Source: Mobula hypostoma (lineage: Eukaryota). Taken from it: a stretch of DNA of 64,000 bases. The translations under genes were made by a program, and so were the position numbers. This document shows positions 62,490 through 64,000 of this stretch, piece after piece (the stretch's first letter is position 1; each line of letters starts with the position of its first letter). The notes beneath the pieces were generated by a model that was not told the DNA's origin, did not search any database, and saw only the letters and a program-made list of their open reading frames with translations. Where the stretch lies: assembly GCF_963921235.1 (NCBI RefSeq), contig NC_086108.1, positions 96,226,001 through 96,290,000 of the forward strand. Direction: 5' to 3'.

Positions 62490-63915
62490 TGAAAGCAGGG
62501 GCATTTCATGGCTCTGGGACCGGACTCGCTGGAGTTTAGAAGAATGGGGCGAAATCTCATTAAAGCCCACTGAAAAACCTAGATAGAGTGGAAATGCAGA
62601 GGATGCTTCCTACAGTGGGAGGGTCTGGGACCAGAGGGAACAGCCTCAGAATAAAGGATGTATCTTTAGAAAAGAGATGAGGAGGAATTTGTGAATTTGT
62701 GGAATCCATTGCTACAGACGGCTGGCTGTGGAGGCCAAGTCATGGGGTATACTTAAAACAGATGTTAATAGGTTCTTCTTTCATAAGGATGTCAAAGATT
62801 ACAGGGAGAAGGCAGGAGAATTGGGTTAAGAGGGATAATAAATCAGCCATGATAGCAGAGCAGACTCAATGGGCCGAGTGGCCTAATTCTACTCCTGTGT
62901 CCTATGGTCTTCCAACATACAAATTTCAAGCACTTACTTACCCCACCCCCTACCACTAGCCCTAACACCTCTTCACCTCAGCTTCTCTCCTCCCGCCCAA
63001 AAGGGCTGCCTCCTCATGGTCCACCTTGAGCAGGATATTGCTTAATGGCCAACTCTCCCCACTCTCTGTGTTAAATGGCAAACACCTGGCCTTGTTTCAA
63101 CATGTAGCTATAGTCTCTGGAGTGAGTGGCCAGCACACGATACTAAAAACAATGATGCAAGGTAGAATTCCAGTAGCAGGACACAAGCTTCCTGACCTGA
63201 GACATGACGGGACCCTTCGACATCGACTGGATCAGCAGGATTGTGCCGGGGGCAGCCCACAAGTGTCACCATGCCAACAGAGCATGCCCACAACGTACAA
63301 ACCTATTAACACTTTGGAACATGGGAGAAAACCAGACCGCCCGGAGGAAAGCCTGCAATCATGGTTCAAATGCATAACCTCCTTCTTCTCCACTCTGTCT
63401 GCCTGCCTGCACTGCCACTTCCAGGAAACTAAGTACTTGTACCCCAAGTTCTTGCTGTTCAGTTACAATCCTCTGATCCCTGCCTTTCCCCGGCCTGGTT
63501 TAACTTCCCAAAATACACCATTTTACACTTGTCTGTGTTAAATATCATTCCCCTTGTCCACTTTCTCTGTTGGTTTAGATTCTGCTGTAACATTAGACAA
63601 ATGTCTTCACTGTCCGCCACACCGCCAATGTGTGTCATCTGCAAATTTTCTAATCATTTCACCTGGGTACAGAGGAAATATCAGGGGTAGGTTTTTCACA
63701 CAGAGAGTGGTTGGTGCGTGGAATGCACTGCCAGTGACGGTGGTGGAGACGATACAATAGGGTCTTTTAAGAGACTCTTAGATAGACACATGGAGCTGAA
63801 AAAAATAGAGGGCTATATGGTAGGGTAATTCTAAACAGTTTCTAGAGTAGGTTACATGGTCGGCACAACATTGTGGGCCGAAGGGCCTGTAAAGCACTGT
63901 AGATTTCTATGTTCA
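62490..63915. mobile_element. CR1 fragments (62490-62910 +, 63365-63660 -, 63660-63915 +) with an intervening SINE remnant
   Basis: CR1 3' tails; FFTQRVVGAWNALP; minus-strand RT remnant. Confidence 0.7.
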
Positions 63916-64000
63916 TCTAGATTATTAACATACATAATAAACAATGAAAGACAGTGCCAGTTCTACTTTGGATTTTCATTCTGTAGACAATATAACTCTT

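Noticed and set aside
63026..63541. 171 aa ORF
   Set aside because: Chimera of SINE and antisense CR1 remnants.

Overview
Eukaryotic (vertebrate) genomic DNA. The repeat landscape (CR1/HER1-type LINEs, V-SINE-like tRNA SINEs, abundant Penelope-like elements) suggests a cartilaginous fish, probably a ray; this is inference. The window holds the 3' two-thirds of TGFBR3 (betaglycan) on the + strand. Ten phase-consistent GT-AG coding exons between 11304 and 54104 (1659 nt, 552 aa plus stop) encode the end of the orphan domain, the ZP domain with both Ser-Gly GAG sites, the TM helix and the cytoplasmic tail. A probable ~3.3 kb 3' UTR follows. Introns are dense with retroelements. Main observations: (1) A young CR1 LINE has an intact 1010-codon ORF2 with no usable AUG, joined to ORF1 by a perfect U_UUA_AAC -1 slippery site. 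(2) Penelope-like elements and their short derivatives carry minimal hammerhead ribozymes and repeatedly form TSD-flanked inverted (hairpin) insertions. (3) A 6.7 kb composite of four Penelope arms enclosing 1.9 kb of unrelated DNA is bounded by a single 13 bp TSD. (4) The receptor C-terminus ends STP rather than the STA PDZ ligand. No prokaryotic genes, CRISPR arrays or rRNA were seen.
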